From: Oculina patagonica
Taxonomy: Eukaryota
Direction of reading: 5' to 3'
Assembly: GCF_052425735.1 (NCBI RefSeq)
Contig: NC_135761.1
Location: forward strand, 46,066,001-46,130,000
DNA: 64,000 nt
Below, piece by piece: positions 38,201 to 51,781 of the stretch. Positions within the stretch are counted from its first letter, which is position 1; the number at the start of each line of letters is the position of its first letter. A program made the position numbers and the translations under genes. The notes below the pieces were generated by a model that was not told the DNA's origin, did no database searches, and saw only the letters and a list, made by a program, of their open reading frames with translations.

Positions 38201-40707
38201 TAAAACCAGAAGAGCGCAAGTCTAGAAAAGCCAAATGAAAGATATTAAATTAAGTATAAGCGAAGGCTAACTAAGGTTTCTGTCTCTTTGAAGTCGACAA
38301 CACAGGCCGCCTATGAAGTAACAAAAATACATTAAAAATATATATCATTTTGGGGCGATTCGTGACTGTAAACGAGATGTTGAAAGATTTGTTCTTACAA
38401 CGAGGATATTAAGAATAAGGCAAGATGTCTGAAAAGTTTTGTGTTATGATACGGGTTTTTATTTTCTATACACTGTCGAGAGCCTGCGAACAGAAATTTT
38501 GGGAGAACACGAGAGGCGAAAGTCTGAAGACATAGATGGAGATATACAAGCTGCGCGAATTTGCGTCCAAAATGCGACTTTTCTAATATCATTCAATCTG
38601 TGTATTTTGGCGTTGAACTTGGTACAAAAAAAGAGGAAATGATTTCTCAGTGTTGAGCAAAATAAACTGCAAAATGTTCAAGAGGTCAAAACAAGGTACA
38701 AGTTGTAACAAATGTCTAACTCAAAAACAAGAAAAATTCTTCGACAGACAAGCTGACCACGAAGTGCCTTTAGATGACATAAAATCCACTTTTGCTCTAA
38801 ATTTAAACGCCCTGAAACAAAAAGGGTTGGTTTAGATCCTATCTCTTGAGATCCTTGAGATAAAAAAACATTAAATCCAAGTAATATCCTATTGGGTTGA
38901 AACTAAAATGGTCTTAAACAACTCATGTGTGTTTTAAATCCCAAACTCGTGCGTGACAACATCTTACACAAAAGTAATCTATCAATGTCGTTATCTGCTA
39001 GTCTATCGATATACCAGCACTGGGTATCAGTCATTGCGAAAATAAAAAACAAAAAGAAAATAAAGACGTGCTTAGTATAGTCTACAGAGCGAGCTTCGTT
39101 GATCCAAAACAATATATAATTAACTGATAAAATCTCAACAGTCAGACCTTTGAACCAAGTTGGCAAAGTTTTCCTTCAGCTCGAAGAAAGCAGCAGTTCA
39201 CTTCGATTAAGATTGTGACGTAAGAATGGCAGGTCAGTTAATTTAGCTGTATTTCTTTAGGATTGCGCCGTATTGTAATCTTAATAAATAAACATAAGCT
39301 GGATTTAAAGGTCGGTAGAGCATTTCCATAAACTCCTACAGAAAAAAAGAAACCGTTATCTTATTTTTACTAACCTGACTGCTCGGGCGTTTTTTATTCT
39401 CCCCAGCAGAGCTCGAACCTTTCCTGTTTTTCGTTTTACCTTTTTCTCCGACCGAGCCACATTGCACAAAATAATTCTTATCTTCGTCCTGTAGGACTCT
39501 GCACTTCTCCTGTAACATAAAAAATAAACGTTAAAAGTGATTTCTGTGGGTAATGTAAAACGAAACAACTACCAGATTTTGTCTCTGCACGAGGACTCGC
39601 ACTTAATTCTTATTTATTCTACCCGTCAATTTTTTTTTCATAAACTTGACTCCAGTTTCATATCTTTTTAAAAAATAATTAGATCAATAGACTTATCATT
39701 TTCGTTATTTGCTCCGGCTGGACAGCTAAGATCAAAATTGATGGGTGGCAAGGCAGGCAATAGATATCACATCTGTACTCGTTACGATATCAGTGTAATG
39801 TCTTCCAGTTGAGGTATTTCTTTCAGTACACACCGAATCAATAACAAAAACTTAACCAGAGTAAAATCATTACTACAGAGTTACTTGTTTTTAGGAAATA
39901 AGGAGACGAATATAAAACTGGTTAATTCCGTCGGTAATAGCATTATTCAGCAGAGAAGTGGGGACTAATTTTTGTCAATATTTGTCTTTCTTCCCCCAGG
40001 CGATTAAAACTAAGTTTTGGTTAGAATTTATTTGGATTTGGAAGTGTTTATATATACCTGGCTAGACAGGGATGAGAGCACAATCAAACAAATTCTAAAA
40101 ACTAAATGGATTTGTATGCAGCTTTTTTTAGTTTGCCATGTAATATCATTGTTGATAAACTGTGCAGAACTTGGGTGGCTATCTGTTACCCATCTGGCGA
40201 GACCTTCCACAATTTCATTGAGCCGTCGTTCCACGATGTCTACTCGGTGTTAAAACCTTATGCGGATGTTTAACGATAATTCCTAGCGATTGTGTATCTT
40301 CCACAATAAATAAAACCCACTTTATTGTGTAAATAACTCCCAGTTTTCATTTTGATGGCAGATAAAGGCCATCGTACACGGGGTCTACACGGGACCTCGC
40401 TGCGTTCACTAGTAAACTGGTAAGAGCGAGTTTCAAGCCATATTCATGGCTCGTGCGGCCTTCATACAATACCCGAGCGACGCAAATTAGCTGGTTGTTG
40501 AATTGAAGTGCCGTACAATCGCATTAAGTATAGCCTTACCTTTTCTTTGCTCGATTTCGAACTTTTCACTCCCTTCGTCTCTCGGGCTGATTCCGTTTCG
40601 TCAACCAAGGATGCCACAATCACAACAGTAATCGCTAGGGCAATTAAAGTAATCGTTGAGAAACCATGTAATCTCAACAAGTGCTCGCGATTTGCACAGG
40701 GTGCCAT
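32209..40707 (-). CDS. Short-chain interrupted collagen-like protein with N-terminal hydrophobic segment and Cys-rich C-terminal domain, 6 exons, about 322 aa
   Basis: Exons 40707-40540, 39509-39375, 34914-34816, 33506-33456, 33282-33208, 32649-32209, all phase 0; Gly-X-Y register kept across junctions (about 28 plus 17 triplets). Joining of the first two exons is inferred from phase and splice signals. Confidence 0.85.
33737..34280. mobile_element. Foldback MITE with about 210-bp arms and TTAA target (Kolobok-like)
   Basis: TTAA|AGGAGAAGTTCACTCCAGAATGGC ... GCCATTCTGGAGCGAACTTCTCCT|TTAA. Confidence 0.85.
34316..34406. mobile_element. Short CAGCCTGC...GCAGGCTG hairpin element with degenerate 9-bp TSD
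   Basis: TCCTATTTG|CAGCCTGCAAAC ... GTTCGCAGGCTG|CCCTATTCG (TSD 7/9). Confidence 0.7.
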
Positions 40708-42887
40708 GTTGAATGAAGTACTCGTTAATAAATGGACAACTCGAGCTGAATGACAGCTCCTACAGACGTTTCCCTTTTCGTGATTAAAAGAAACAAGCTA
40801 AGAATCTATTTACCGTGATCGCCTTTATGTGGCCCCTCGGTCGATGTGGACCAATAAAATCCCAGCATCTCACTTTGTGGTCTTCCGTCAGTCAACACTT
40901 CCATTAGGTTTTTTCCAATTGTAACACGAATTCCACTTATCAATTGTGGTATTCGCCGTTTGAGATGAAAAGTTATCTATTCATGGCGAGTTTAGACACG
41001 AAATGAATTGGCTCTCTCTGCAGTGATTTCCCCGGAATTTACATCGATGGTGATTTTTCTGTTGGATTTCGCCGCGGTGTGGAGAGTTTTGGATTCTTTC
41101 ACACAAAGTTTACATCGGTTTCTTTTGGCGATAAACCCAGGATTAACGGGTTACAATGAACTTCCCGGGATTACAAGCCACAGGCTAAAAACCACGGAAA
41201 TGCAAAGAATTAGCAGTAGATTTTCACGTCGCTGCTAATTTAGTCTAAATCCATTCAGGAAAACTTTTAATGTCATTTGTTGGCATAACACCACAATATG
41301 GCAAAAGAAACAAGCTTACCGCGAATCCGGAAAGAAAAGGCCTCCCATAGATACCAAATAGTCAATAAAGCCCGTTACGAGTTTATTTTTGGTGGCCATT
41401 AAAGCCTCCTTGGGAAAATAAAACATTTAATCCTTATTCAAATGGACAACATAAATAAACCAATCTTTGTAAACAAGACTTTGATCTTTGGCAATTTCAA
41501 ACTGAACTTTTCGCGAATTTATCTATTATTATCTTCGTCAGAGTTTAGAAATTCCGAAAATTCCAAAACTTTGGAGACTTGTAGATATTCTATTTTCGCT
41601 TATAGGTCAAGTCATGTAATGTTTCTTTTCGTTTAGCTTCCCTCATTAGTCACGACTACGATCCAAACCAAATGACGGTTTCACAGCTGCCTATATGAGG
41701 AGCCGAATTGAATAAATTCTTCCTAGCAGCGAGTTCTGTTGTTCAAAAATCTGTTTTTGAGCTGCTCGACAAAAATGTTAAAAATAGATTAACTATTGTG
41801 AGTTGTGTCAGTCATTACGCCAGGATAATAATAAATTGCTGAAATATAGTAACTTTGAGATCAGTGCACAGAATTAAGTCACTAAAACTTTCAACACCAA
41901 TTATGCAACAAACAGACGCAATTTTAGTAAAATACGATTAAGGATGGGTTTATAGCAGGGCTATTCAAGCTGCATTAAAATAGTGCTTCTGGCGAGCTTT
42001 CTGTAAATTTCCCTCAGACGAAAGAATTGCACTGAATTTCTGGGCAGTTTAACAAAAAAAAAAAGAACAACATGTGACCGCATAAATAAACACACTCTCT
42101 CCATATTTAATACAATCTACTCCAATTTTGACATGGGTGTAAACTCAACTCGAGCCAAATTTTGTAAACCTCGCCGAGATTTATATGTAAATCTCCGTTT
42201 ATGGATGCATCAGTTAGTCATCTGCGATTATGGTATTTTAAAAAGCTATACATTCGATATACAAGGACAATTTCTTTAGTGATCACCAATAGATAAGCGA
42301 CTTAAAATAAAGGTATAACTTTCAAAGGTCATTCTGAAGGCCGGGCTGACAGAGGAATGTCTAAAGACTGTATAGTGGCAAACGATTTAAACAATATTAA
42401 CAAAAAATATTCATGCAAAGATTTCTACATCGTATCCATTGTGTCTACATTTGACCTTAATAAATATTTTAGCATTGGTAGACAGTTCCAAACCATTTTC
42501 AGCTCAGAAACCATTTTTGTACACGGACAGTCCTGTCTGAAAAACTTAGAAAAAAAGACCTAAAGCACAAGTAACATAACAGGCCAGCTGGTAGCTTTTC
42601 TAGATTTTTTTTCCGGCTTCAGACACAGAAATTATCGACACTGCTGGAAACTGATTTATAAAAAATAAGTAAAATTCTTTTATGTCTTTTAAATTGAGGG
42701 CTGGGTTGCAGGAACTAAGCGGGCTAGAGCGAGCACAGTTAATTCCTAGAGGTGGTCTTTCAGAACTTTCTCGGTTTTTTTCAGTGTCAAAATTTTTGTG
42801 GTTTTTCGGATTAATCCGCTGCATGAAGTGTCACCTATGGACACAACATAACATACCATTCTCTTTTCCCCCGCGGGTATATAAGTA

Positions 42888-42991
42888 AGACACCCCTGGG
42901 GTCCCAGTAACGTGCATGTAAAATATGACACCCCTGGGAGTCTAACTAAATAAGACGGACACCCCTGGGAGTCTAACTAAATAAGACGGAC
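42888..42991. repeat. Short tandem repeat, about 31-bp unit GACACCCCTGGGAGTCTAACTAAATAAGACG
   Basis: Two exact copies plus one diverged copy. Confidence 0.75.
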
Positions 42992-45468
42992 TTCCCACGT
43001 GTTGTAGTCAGCCATTCATAACCAAGTCGTCCAACTATGAGGGCCACCATGGGGTGGTGGCTTTTACGGTTAACGGTAAAAACGTTTTCTTTTTGACGGC
43101 TAACGGTTAATTTATTTCCATAACGGTTGACACAAGTTAAAAGTTCATTTTTATTGTTTTAAAAAGTTAAAAATTAATACCATTATTAAAAACATATTTT
43201 AGGTCTTTGGACCGTTCTGGGGCGATGAAGTGAACTAGTTAGGTTTATTTATAATTGCTGACCAATTTTTTACGGTTAACATATTTTACGGCTAACGGTT
43301 AAAATTATCCAATTTTAACGCCTAACGGCTAAATTTTCGGGCGTTTTACGGCTAACGGTTAACCCCATTGAGACCCTTATATAGGAACGTAACAAACGTC
43401 CTTGAACTATACAAGAAAACCCCAAATCGCCCAAAGCACTGAAGGCAGAATTAATTGAATTACATAGTTAATTTCCTTTCCTCGGTACAACTTTAGATTT
43501 TCTAGTACCCCTCTTCAAATTTCTAAATATATTTATCAGCATGTAAAGCCACACTTCCGCCGGAAAAACGTTTTCAATCTAATTTACAAGTTAAATAGTA
43601 GCGCTAAAGCTCTGCCAAACCGCGGCAAGATGTGTTCAGCTATCTCAGGGCGGGAGAAGCTGGGAGCCGTGGTTATGTCAAAGGTTTCGTAACTAAATTG
43701 TGTACCACCAAAAAAAAAATAATGAACCTTTTTGATAAAAAGTGAGCAGTGTACCATTTTTGAAAGTAATTATTAGATTATAAAAGTCTGGAACGGCTAA
43801 AACAACTGCAAAAGGTCTATGCTCTCGATAATTCAAGATATCGTTTTCGCAATAAGCAGCCCTTCTCTTGCCTTGAATCAGACCGATCCAAATTACATAA
43901 TAGAAAAAAGATGTTAAAACGAATGTAAAAATAAATTGCGGTCGTTCTTAATGGCAAACACATTGTTCACTGTATCTTTTTACTGTCGGTAAGTGAATGC
44001 ATGCTGCTCAATTTTCTCCAATTATTCTTTCATTTAGTGAAGCGCCGACCATACTAGACAACAAGGACACGTGTAGATAATTAACCGTAAACACCGGTGG
44101 GCAGGGCTGTAAGTCCTGTAATACCCTAGAAAACATTTTGTAATCAAATTAGTCAGAGCAAATTTGCGCACGAAACTGCTGTTTAATTTATACCTAGATA
44201 TATCTGATACATGCGTTTTCACAAATGAAACTAAACTGAGCAATTTTTGAAGAATACAACTTCAGTATTGTGACAGCTTTAAAGGTTTGCGTCAATTTCC
44301 TTTCCTTTTATTTAATATTTGTCGCTATATCTTTAAGAAACCACAATTATTAACATGTACAATCCAACAAATTGAACAAGGCTGTATAAGCATTTGGCTG
44401 TTCACTTTGTATTAGTCAAGACTGATTCTAAAAATCTCCTCGAGTTGTCGAGTTACATAATCACCGCAAGAGTTTTGTTTTGTTCTTTTGGCCATGTTTA
44501 TACAGATATTGCTGCAATTTAAGAAGTATCCATGCATTGATACGCTTGTGATGTAAACCGCCGGCTTAATCAAAGTATTGCGACTTGACTGAAAATGATT
44601 AATTATATTATACACAGTAGGTCCGCTATGAGCATATAATGGAGAGATAAACTAACTACCTAAATATTGCAAACAGACCAACCACGTACGCAGTTTTGGA
44701 AGCTGCTTTGAACAAACGTTTGGTTTGGTAAATTGTTTTGCGGCTCTGCTAAATGAGATTATCTTCTGTGAAAAGGCAAAATGGTCGGACTTATACAAAC
44801 TTTTTCAAAACTGCAGATTTCAAACTCTTTTTCGGAGGCAATTGTAATTCTCTCAAACTAAAAGCCAAAACGCTTCTGTTCCAGTATAGAGAAGTAATGA
44901 TAGCTGTGACATACTGTACTTAGAGTTACCGAAATCTGGAGAAACAATTTGGAAACGTAAATTTGTTTTGATTTATCTACAAATCACCGCACGAATCTCG
45001 TTGTAACGTTTTGTAATGTATCCCTTCGAGAATGTAACAAGGTGATAAAAATGATTGATTGAGGCAATCAGAATATTCATCGCACTCATTGCGCCGGGAA
45101 TTGCTAATAGCAACAAACAAACAAAACAATAAAACAGAAAAACAACTACTACAAAGAGGCAAAGAAACGACGGCAACAACAACAACAACAACAACAACAA
45201 ATAAAGCTGTAAGTCATAAAACGGAGAAGAGTCAAGAAGAGGAAAGCGCCTGCATACAGTAGAGAGCGCTTAAAATTCCAGAAACGTTGAATAAATTGTG
45301 CGGCGCACTTCTTCTGGAATTGTTCCCTGAAGATGTTGACCAGTTAGCTTGAGCACAGACTAAAAGACAAAGGACGGAAAATCAACACCCATCTATAAAA
45401 TACAAAATTCACAAATCGTCTCATTGTAAGATGTAAGTTATCGCAACAGTAGTGAACCTAGTTCTAAC

Positions 45469-45875
45469 CCCGGGGGGTACTCCCTATAATGGCCTATATG
45501 GGGAGGCTCCGCCCGAAAGGGGTACCTTTTTCAGGCGTCAGGTATATAAAAGGGTAGGGATTTCAAAAGTTTAGGTATACGAAGGGGTATAGAAATCTGT
45601 CATTTAGGTTTTTGAAAGGGCCTTTAATTAAAATATTTTGAACAGATGCAATTTATGGCTGGATTTTTATTTATTAAGCGCTACTTGAAAATGACAAGAA
45701 AACGTCATGTTTTAAGTCTATATCATGACTTTCAGGTATATGAAAGGGGTACCTTTTTTCATTAAAAAGTATATGAAAGGGGTACAATTTCTGGAAAAGT
45801 GGTATATAAAAGGGTAAGGGGTAAGAGCTCGGGGCGGAGCCTTCCTGTACAAAACTTTTTTAAGTACCCCCCGGG
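45469..45875. mobile_element. MITE with CCCGGGGGGTACT termini and 8-bp TSD
   Basis: GTTCTAAC|CCCGGGGGGTACT ... AGTACCCCCCGGG|GTTCTAAC. Confidence 0.85.
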
Positions 45876-46206
45876 GTTCTAACAGTATTTGAATATTAAA
45901 AGAAACATGCTTCAAAGAACAAGAATGTATGTTGATTAGAAGCAAGATCCTCTCTTGTTGGAAGGCATTGTCAAGTCTGAGATTTGTTATGTCGCTTTGG
46001 CCAGAGTTCTGTAATTCTCTCTAAGTTCATCACGAGCGCGCTGGTAAAATATAAACCGGGGGAGATTTGAACGAGCACGAAAGCAAAGGGGATGTGGGTG
46101 GGTAAAAATAAATGGTTTTATCTTTTTACGCCCGCTACGCGGTTAGACTAGGCAGAATTAAGTCATTATATGTCACTTTTAATCTTTCCAAATAAATTAT
46201 GTATTT

Positions 46207-46873
46207 ATACCTAATCGTACCTTTTTGGTACGCTTCGGTAGCATATCAGGCGAGCTCGAGTTTGGTTGAGCCATGGTTCGTATTTTGGCGAGACGCAGTC
46301 GAGCCAAAATACCCATGGCGAGACCAAACGAGCCTGATATGCAGCCGAAGCGTACCAAAAAGGTACGATTAGGTATTTACCGTACCCAAATCCAGCCAAA
46401 AATCTGGTTATATTTATCGCTCTGTTAAAGCCATGCTTGTCGGTACGTAGTACAAATTGTGTTGACCTGCTTGTATTGATACGTTTTTGGTCTTCAACAC
46501 TTTAAACAAGTTCCTCTTCTGCCTTTTTTCCCACCAAATTTAGCGAAAAATGTGAAAAATTCCGACTCCATTGTTGCAGTCTGTGAATGTCTCAGTACTC
46601 GTCAGCAAACATCGCGCAATTGGCGAGCGCGCTCAAGTTTATTTTTGGCGGGAAAGTTTTTCTCCTTTTACGACCACTAAACACCAGCTAAATTTAAAAT
46701 ACGAGGTTCCGTTTTATTGGTAAAACCTTTTTTCAATTCATCGTACGGTAACACTACTTTACTTCAAAGTGACCGTGATATGGTGGCATATCAGGTCAGT
46801 GACTTGATATCGTAGGATATCAGGACAGTAGATCGCGCTTCTGATTGGCTACTTGCGAATTTGGGTACGGTAA
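46207..46873. mobile_element. Compound repeat: 170-bp palindrome (46207-46376) abutting an inverted-repeat-bounded segment (46377-46873)
   Basis: ATACCTAATCGTACCTTTTTGGTACGCTTCGG ... CCGAAGCGTACCAAAAAGGTACGATTAGGTAT, then TTACCGTACCCAAAT ... ATTTGGGTACGGTAA. Confidence 0.65.
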
Positions 46874-47149
46874 AGCTACAAAGCAAACAGTTGATGCAAT
46901 TTAATACGGATGTAGTCACATGACCTCCAGCTCGTCACCAGCTTTCCTCCGTGACATCGGAGGACTTGGAGGTTTCGAGTTGGTAAGCACATTACTGAGA
47001 AAACCTAGTAGAAAACCAGAAGTATATATTCGCGAATGGACCGAAACTTTGACTTAAGACTGTGCTCTCAGCTAAAAATGCAACACTGAGAGCGCAACTA
47101 TTTACAAGAGTTATACAAAAAGGAAGAGTTCGACAAGAAACACAGAGAA

Positions 47150-47395
47150 GTAAGCTTATCCCGGTTTCCGTAGCATGAAGTGACAAGGAGTATTTCTACT
47201 CCTCCCTGGATGGGATGCCAGACCCTTGCTGGGATTCCCTCCCAGCATTAGTTCGCCGGTACCCATTTATACACCTTGGTGGAGAGAGGCACTGTGAGAG
47301 TAAAGTGTCTTGCCCAAGAACACAACACAATTACCCCGGCCAGGGCTCGAACCCCGACCGCTCGATCCGGAGTCCAGCGCACTTATCATTAGGCC
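47150..47395 (-). mobile_element. tRNA-derived SINE (CpG-intact copy)
   Basis: Same family as the 16892 copy; head GGCCTAATGATAAGTGCGCTGGACTCCGGATCGAGCGGTCGGGGTTCGAGCCC. Confidence 0.75.
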
Positions 47396-47437
47396 ATATA
47401 AAACAAGTCTCTTACGATTGTCGGGTGCCACTTCTAA

Positions 47438-47843
47438 GCATGGTTCTCATATAATCGCCCCGATCGTTTCTATCGCCTCTGTCACTTCAAAAACTTTCCA
47501 TGCGATCGGGGCGATTATATGAGAATAATACACAGACGATCGCTAACGTCTGCGGCGATTGGCCGGGGCTCGCTTGGATCGCCCCTGTTCTGTCCTCTTT
47601 GAAGGCTGCCATGCATTGTGTTGGATCTAGGGTTAAAATGATTGTTTGTTTTTTTTAGGTCTTTGCTCACACTAGGCGATCGGACGATCATATAAGAAAC
47701 CCCGATCGCTTCATAATAATAATAATCTTTTATTAGGAAGCCTTCATTCACTATACAGTGGCTTCCTCTCACTTCGATCGCCTCAGTATTTGCAAACGGT
47801 CGTTGCGATAGAAACGGTCGGGGTGATCATATGAGAACCAACC
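47438..47843. mobile_element. PIF/Harbinger-type MITE
   Basis: TAA|GCATGGTTCTCATATAATCGCCCCGATCGTT ... AACGGTCGGGGTGATCATATGAGAACCAACC|TTA. Confidence 0.7.
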
Positions 47844-50800
47844 TTAAGGTCTGTTTATCAAAGCAGTGATTCAATTCAGGCCATCCGTTATTTGAATAAT
47901 CTAGCTTTAGAATACGTGCAATCCATCTTTTTTTCTTAGTCCTATAAGCATAAAGCCAAAAATATCCCACAGCCATTTCAAGCACCCACATTGTACAAAA
48001 TCACAAAACTCCAAGAATCAGTCTCTACAGTGCTTGGTGATTTTATGCAAAGCAGTGCATTTAGTAGCATATTCCTGTAGTATTTCTTCATCAGTAGAAC
48101 AAACTGATCTACCCGAAACAAACGTCCCGGCTAGCTCCGCCTCATTTCACCAGAAACGGGCCTTATTCAACTGCAACTAAAAGAAAAAGATTCCATTTAA
48201 AATAATATTTCCAAGGATACGTTCAAAACAAATGTTCATAATTTCCTCGGAAAGTACAATGTGGAAACTCAGTATCATTTAAAGCTACTTTTTGGTAACA
48301 AGTTTTAAGTTTTGTATCTGATTTTGAGACGGTGTTGTTACATTGTCAGTATTTTTTTCCATTAACGACTGGTCTCGACGGATAAAAGATCCAGTGTATT
48401 CGACCTTCTGTTCGTGAACAAAGCTGAATTGAGCTACAAGTCCAGTTTAAACGAAATAAAACAAGTGTTTTATGAGCCACTTGGTGGTCGAACAAAAAGG
48501 AGCAGGCCAAAGACACATGTGATACGGCTTAAACTATAAAAGCATTTTTTCGGACATAAAACTTCGTCTTGGAGACGCAAGGGCCACTCGAGATATTGTA
48601 CTAAAAATATCGATAAAATATCAAAGAAAAGATTCGAAACTGCAAAGAAACAATGACTTTTTCATTGATAAACATGGTGACCGCTTGAAAAGATGGAATA
48701 AAGGCTTCAGTGATATGGTATTCATTGATGGTAACTTCTGGCCCTTAAAAGAATTATGACGAACAAATTACAATAGGATACCAGTTGTGGATAAACAATT
48801 TAAATGTTTCAATCAAAGCGGTTTAAAGGCTTCGGGAAGTGGAATTTACTAGCCAATTTCGTCAGGGAAGAACTGAAAATATCGAGGAATTAATCGAAAA
48901 AATCAGCAATTTATGATTTAGTTTACTTGTGTGCAGATAAAATATTTTCGATCGAAACGATTTTTGTGATAAATACCGCCTAGGAGAAAAAGGTTTTTTT
49001 TGCAATAATTGTTGTGGAATATTTTGAAACTTTGCTTTTCGTGACTCGATCGATTAACCTTCAAAAGTCGACAACATTTAAAATACATTAAAACTTATCT
49101 GTTTTATAATACTGAAATGTGATACTTTAATTTTTTTCTTTTCGATGCGAGATACATTCTGTACATTTTAGTTTTTGGCACTTTACTCAAAACTGACCCT
49201 CGGCTTTAAAGATGTTCACTGTTTGAGGAATGGAGTAATTTATAATGTCTTTTTTTCCGAATTAAAACAGCAGTCATAAGCCTTAAACTGCACGCAAGTA
49301 AATGCGGCTTTTTTAAATTGGTTTTTGCTTATTATTATCGATTTACAATTTTACATACTAACAATCTTCATTGAGTTTCTCACTGGACAAAAATTTGATA
49401 AAATCTTCAATGCCACATGCAAAGACTAATAGCACAAAATTATGCACTCATTAATCATGAACATACGTTTTGAATTGTCAGATTAAAGAAAATGTAATTT
49501 ACGCGTGTTTCCTGGCACTAAAACAAACTCAAGAAAATGAAAACGTGATTTAATAAATCATCCGATGATTAAAACAACTAAATTGATCTTTTAGTTTTAC
49601 AAAACGAATTTGTCGATCTTTGTGAATGAAAATGTAAACCGGTTGTCGCTCATATCGAAGACTCAGAAGTTTAAATAAAAGGCTTGTATAACATGTCGCA
49701 TTGAATTTCGAAGAACAAAAAAGCCTTGATCCTTTTGCGGTGAACATGTTACAGTTCTCTATATCTGTAAAAGAAACGACACATTATCCGTAAAACTTCT
49801 CTGGATAACAAAAAATTCTCTGGATAACAAAAAAACACTAAAATTACAAACGCTTTGGCCGCGTTCGGCGGCTTTCTTCAGCTGAAAACAAATGGCTTCC
49901 CGCATTAAAAATACAAATATGGCTTTTCTTTTCAAACGACACATTGGTTTAGTAAAAGTTAACAGACAAAAGAAACCCGAATCTTATTGTTGTTGAGCAT
50001 TGGCTTTGTCTAATTTTATGAAAAAGAAACACAGAGATACGTGTTCAATGAGGTTTTTATTTACAAAGCATGCCAATAAGTTTGGATGATCATATCGAGA
50101 GTCACATGCCAAGTTTCTTCAATTTTTTTCCGGATGTTTAATTTTTTCTTCATGCGCTACACGCGCGGTTGTTTTACTGGTGATTCGCGCGTGCGTGGGA
50201 CACTCGCGAGACAAACTCTTTTTAGATTCTAAAGAAGAATGCTTTCCAAATTTAGACACGTCTTCGCAAATGAAAAGAGAGAAAGGATAAAAGAGAAAGA
50301 GGTAGCAACAAGATCCAAAAGCGATATAAATTAAACCATAACAGAGCAGTTTGGGCCGGCTCTATAACGTTCATAGTTGTATTAAAAATGGGACCCGCTT
50401 ATAATCTCCTAAATAGTTTTACATCATTTATATCAATTTCGTCATTTTAGAGTAATTTTTACCTAGTTTTTATATTATAGCGTATTTTTAACTAAATTTT
50501 GTAATTTTAGATCGTTAGATTTTTAGCATTATTTTTAATTCTTGATTGTATTTTATATTAGAGGGCCCCTGGTTTTTCAGTTCTTTACTGTTATGTGTTC
50601 ACCCTCTATAAATAAAGGTGATTATTACTATTATTATTACAGCCTTTTTACAATAACAGAACTCCTCGGAAAAAGCAAAGGGTTATCCATGGTGCCTAGA
50701 ATTTCACTGGAATTTCTTTTTTAGAAAAGTTAGCAAACAGCCACAGCACTTTCACCGGCGAGGTGTAGGTCTCTACTCTTTTCGAACAACGAACGAATGA

Positions 50801-51781
50801 ATAAAAAACTTTATTAGAGTGTCAAAACCACATAGCTAGAGACGATTTCCGTACTAATTTGGGGACACATGATTAAAAAATACAAAAAGTGACAATAATG
50901 TTAAAAACTGTGTAAAATATCAACAGTAATAAAAATCTAATACTAATCATACTAAATTAATAATTTGAAAATAGTTGGACTAAAAGTGTAAAAATCGAAT
51001 TATAATAGCTAAAAAGTTGATGTAAAAAAATAAACAAAAAAAATATGATACCAAGGATAAATTTAAGATAGACAGAGGGAACAGCCCCGCAGCTATCATC
51101 AACTAGTAAACTGGTATCACATTTAGACTTTTTTTGGATCTAGCGTCTTTGGGTACTTTTCCCCACAGCCTTGGCACAAGATAACGTAATAAATGCTTTC
51201 CGTATGTGATAGTATTGTAGCTAGAAACGGAGAAGTCTGATTGTCTTAGAAAGTAAGACGAACTGTGATTGTTAAAAATGTCACTGATATAAGATGGACA
51301 TGGATTGTACTTTGATAACGTGTAAGAAACAAGGTCAACAGCTCAAAGTTCCTGCCGCGCAAGGAAGCGATCATCTGAGCTAAGGCAAAGTTTTTCAATG
51401 CGCAGCTTGTTGGTGGGTCTGTAGGCCGGGATTTGACTTGGACAATGTAGACACGCACATCAACTCCAGTACTTACAGGGCCTGTCACGATTAATACATG
51501 TAGTGAGTTTAAAGGGACTATGTCACGGCTGACTAAGTTAATTTAAATTAACTTTGGCCGAAAAAAAAAAACGCTAAGAAACTTACCTTTTGAAAAGAAA
51601 TTACTTCTCTGGATCTCAATGAAAAAACAATAGCTTCTTTGCAACTAAATGTTTCTCCTGGGCATTGTAATTGAAAGTTACGAGCAACCAAGATTAACTT
51701 TGAAGACCGTTCAGCCCAACAACATTTTAAAAACCCCTATCGCAATCCGTTTCAATCCTCCTCTTCTAACTATGCTTTTGG

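Noticed and set aside
32209-40707. Minicollagen, CTHRC1 or C1q assignment
   Set aside because: No minicollagen cysteine-rich domains or polyproline flanks; the C-terminal domain is too short and lacks C1q or CTHRC1 motifs.
47860-48760. Possible decayed LINE or pseudogene
   Set aside because: Coding-like texture but no continuous frame or motif I could support without a search.
49861-49890. CTGAAGA...GAAC hammerhead-like string on the minus strand
   Set aside because: No GAAA core and no pairing stems.
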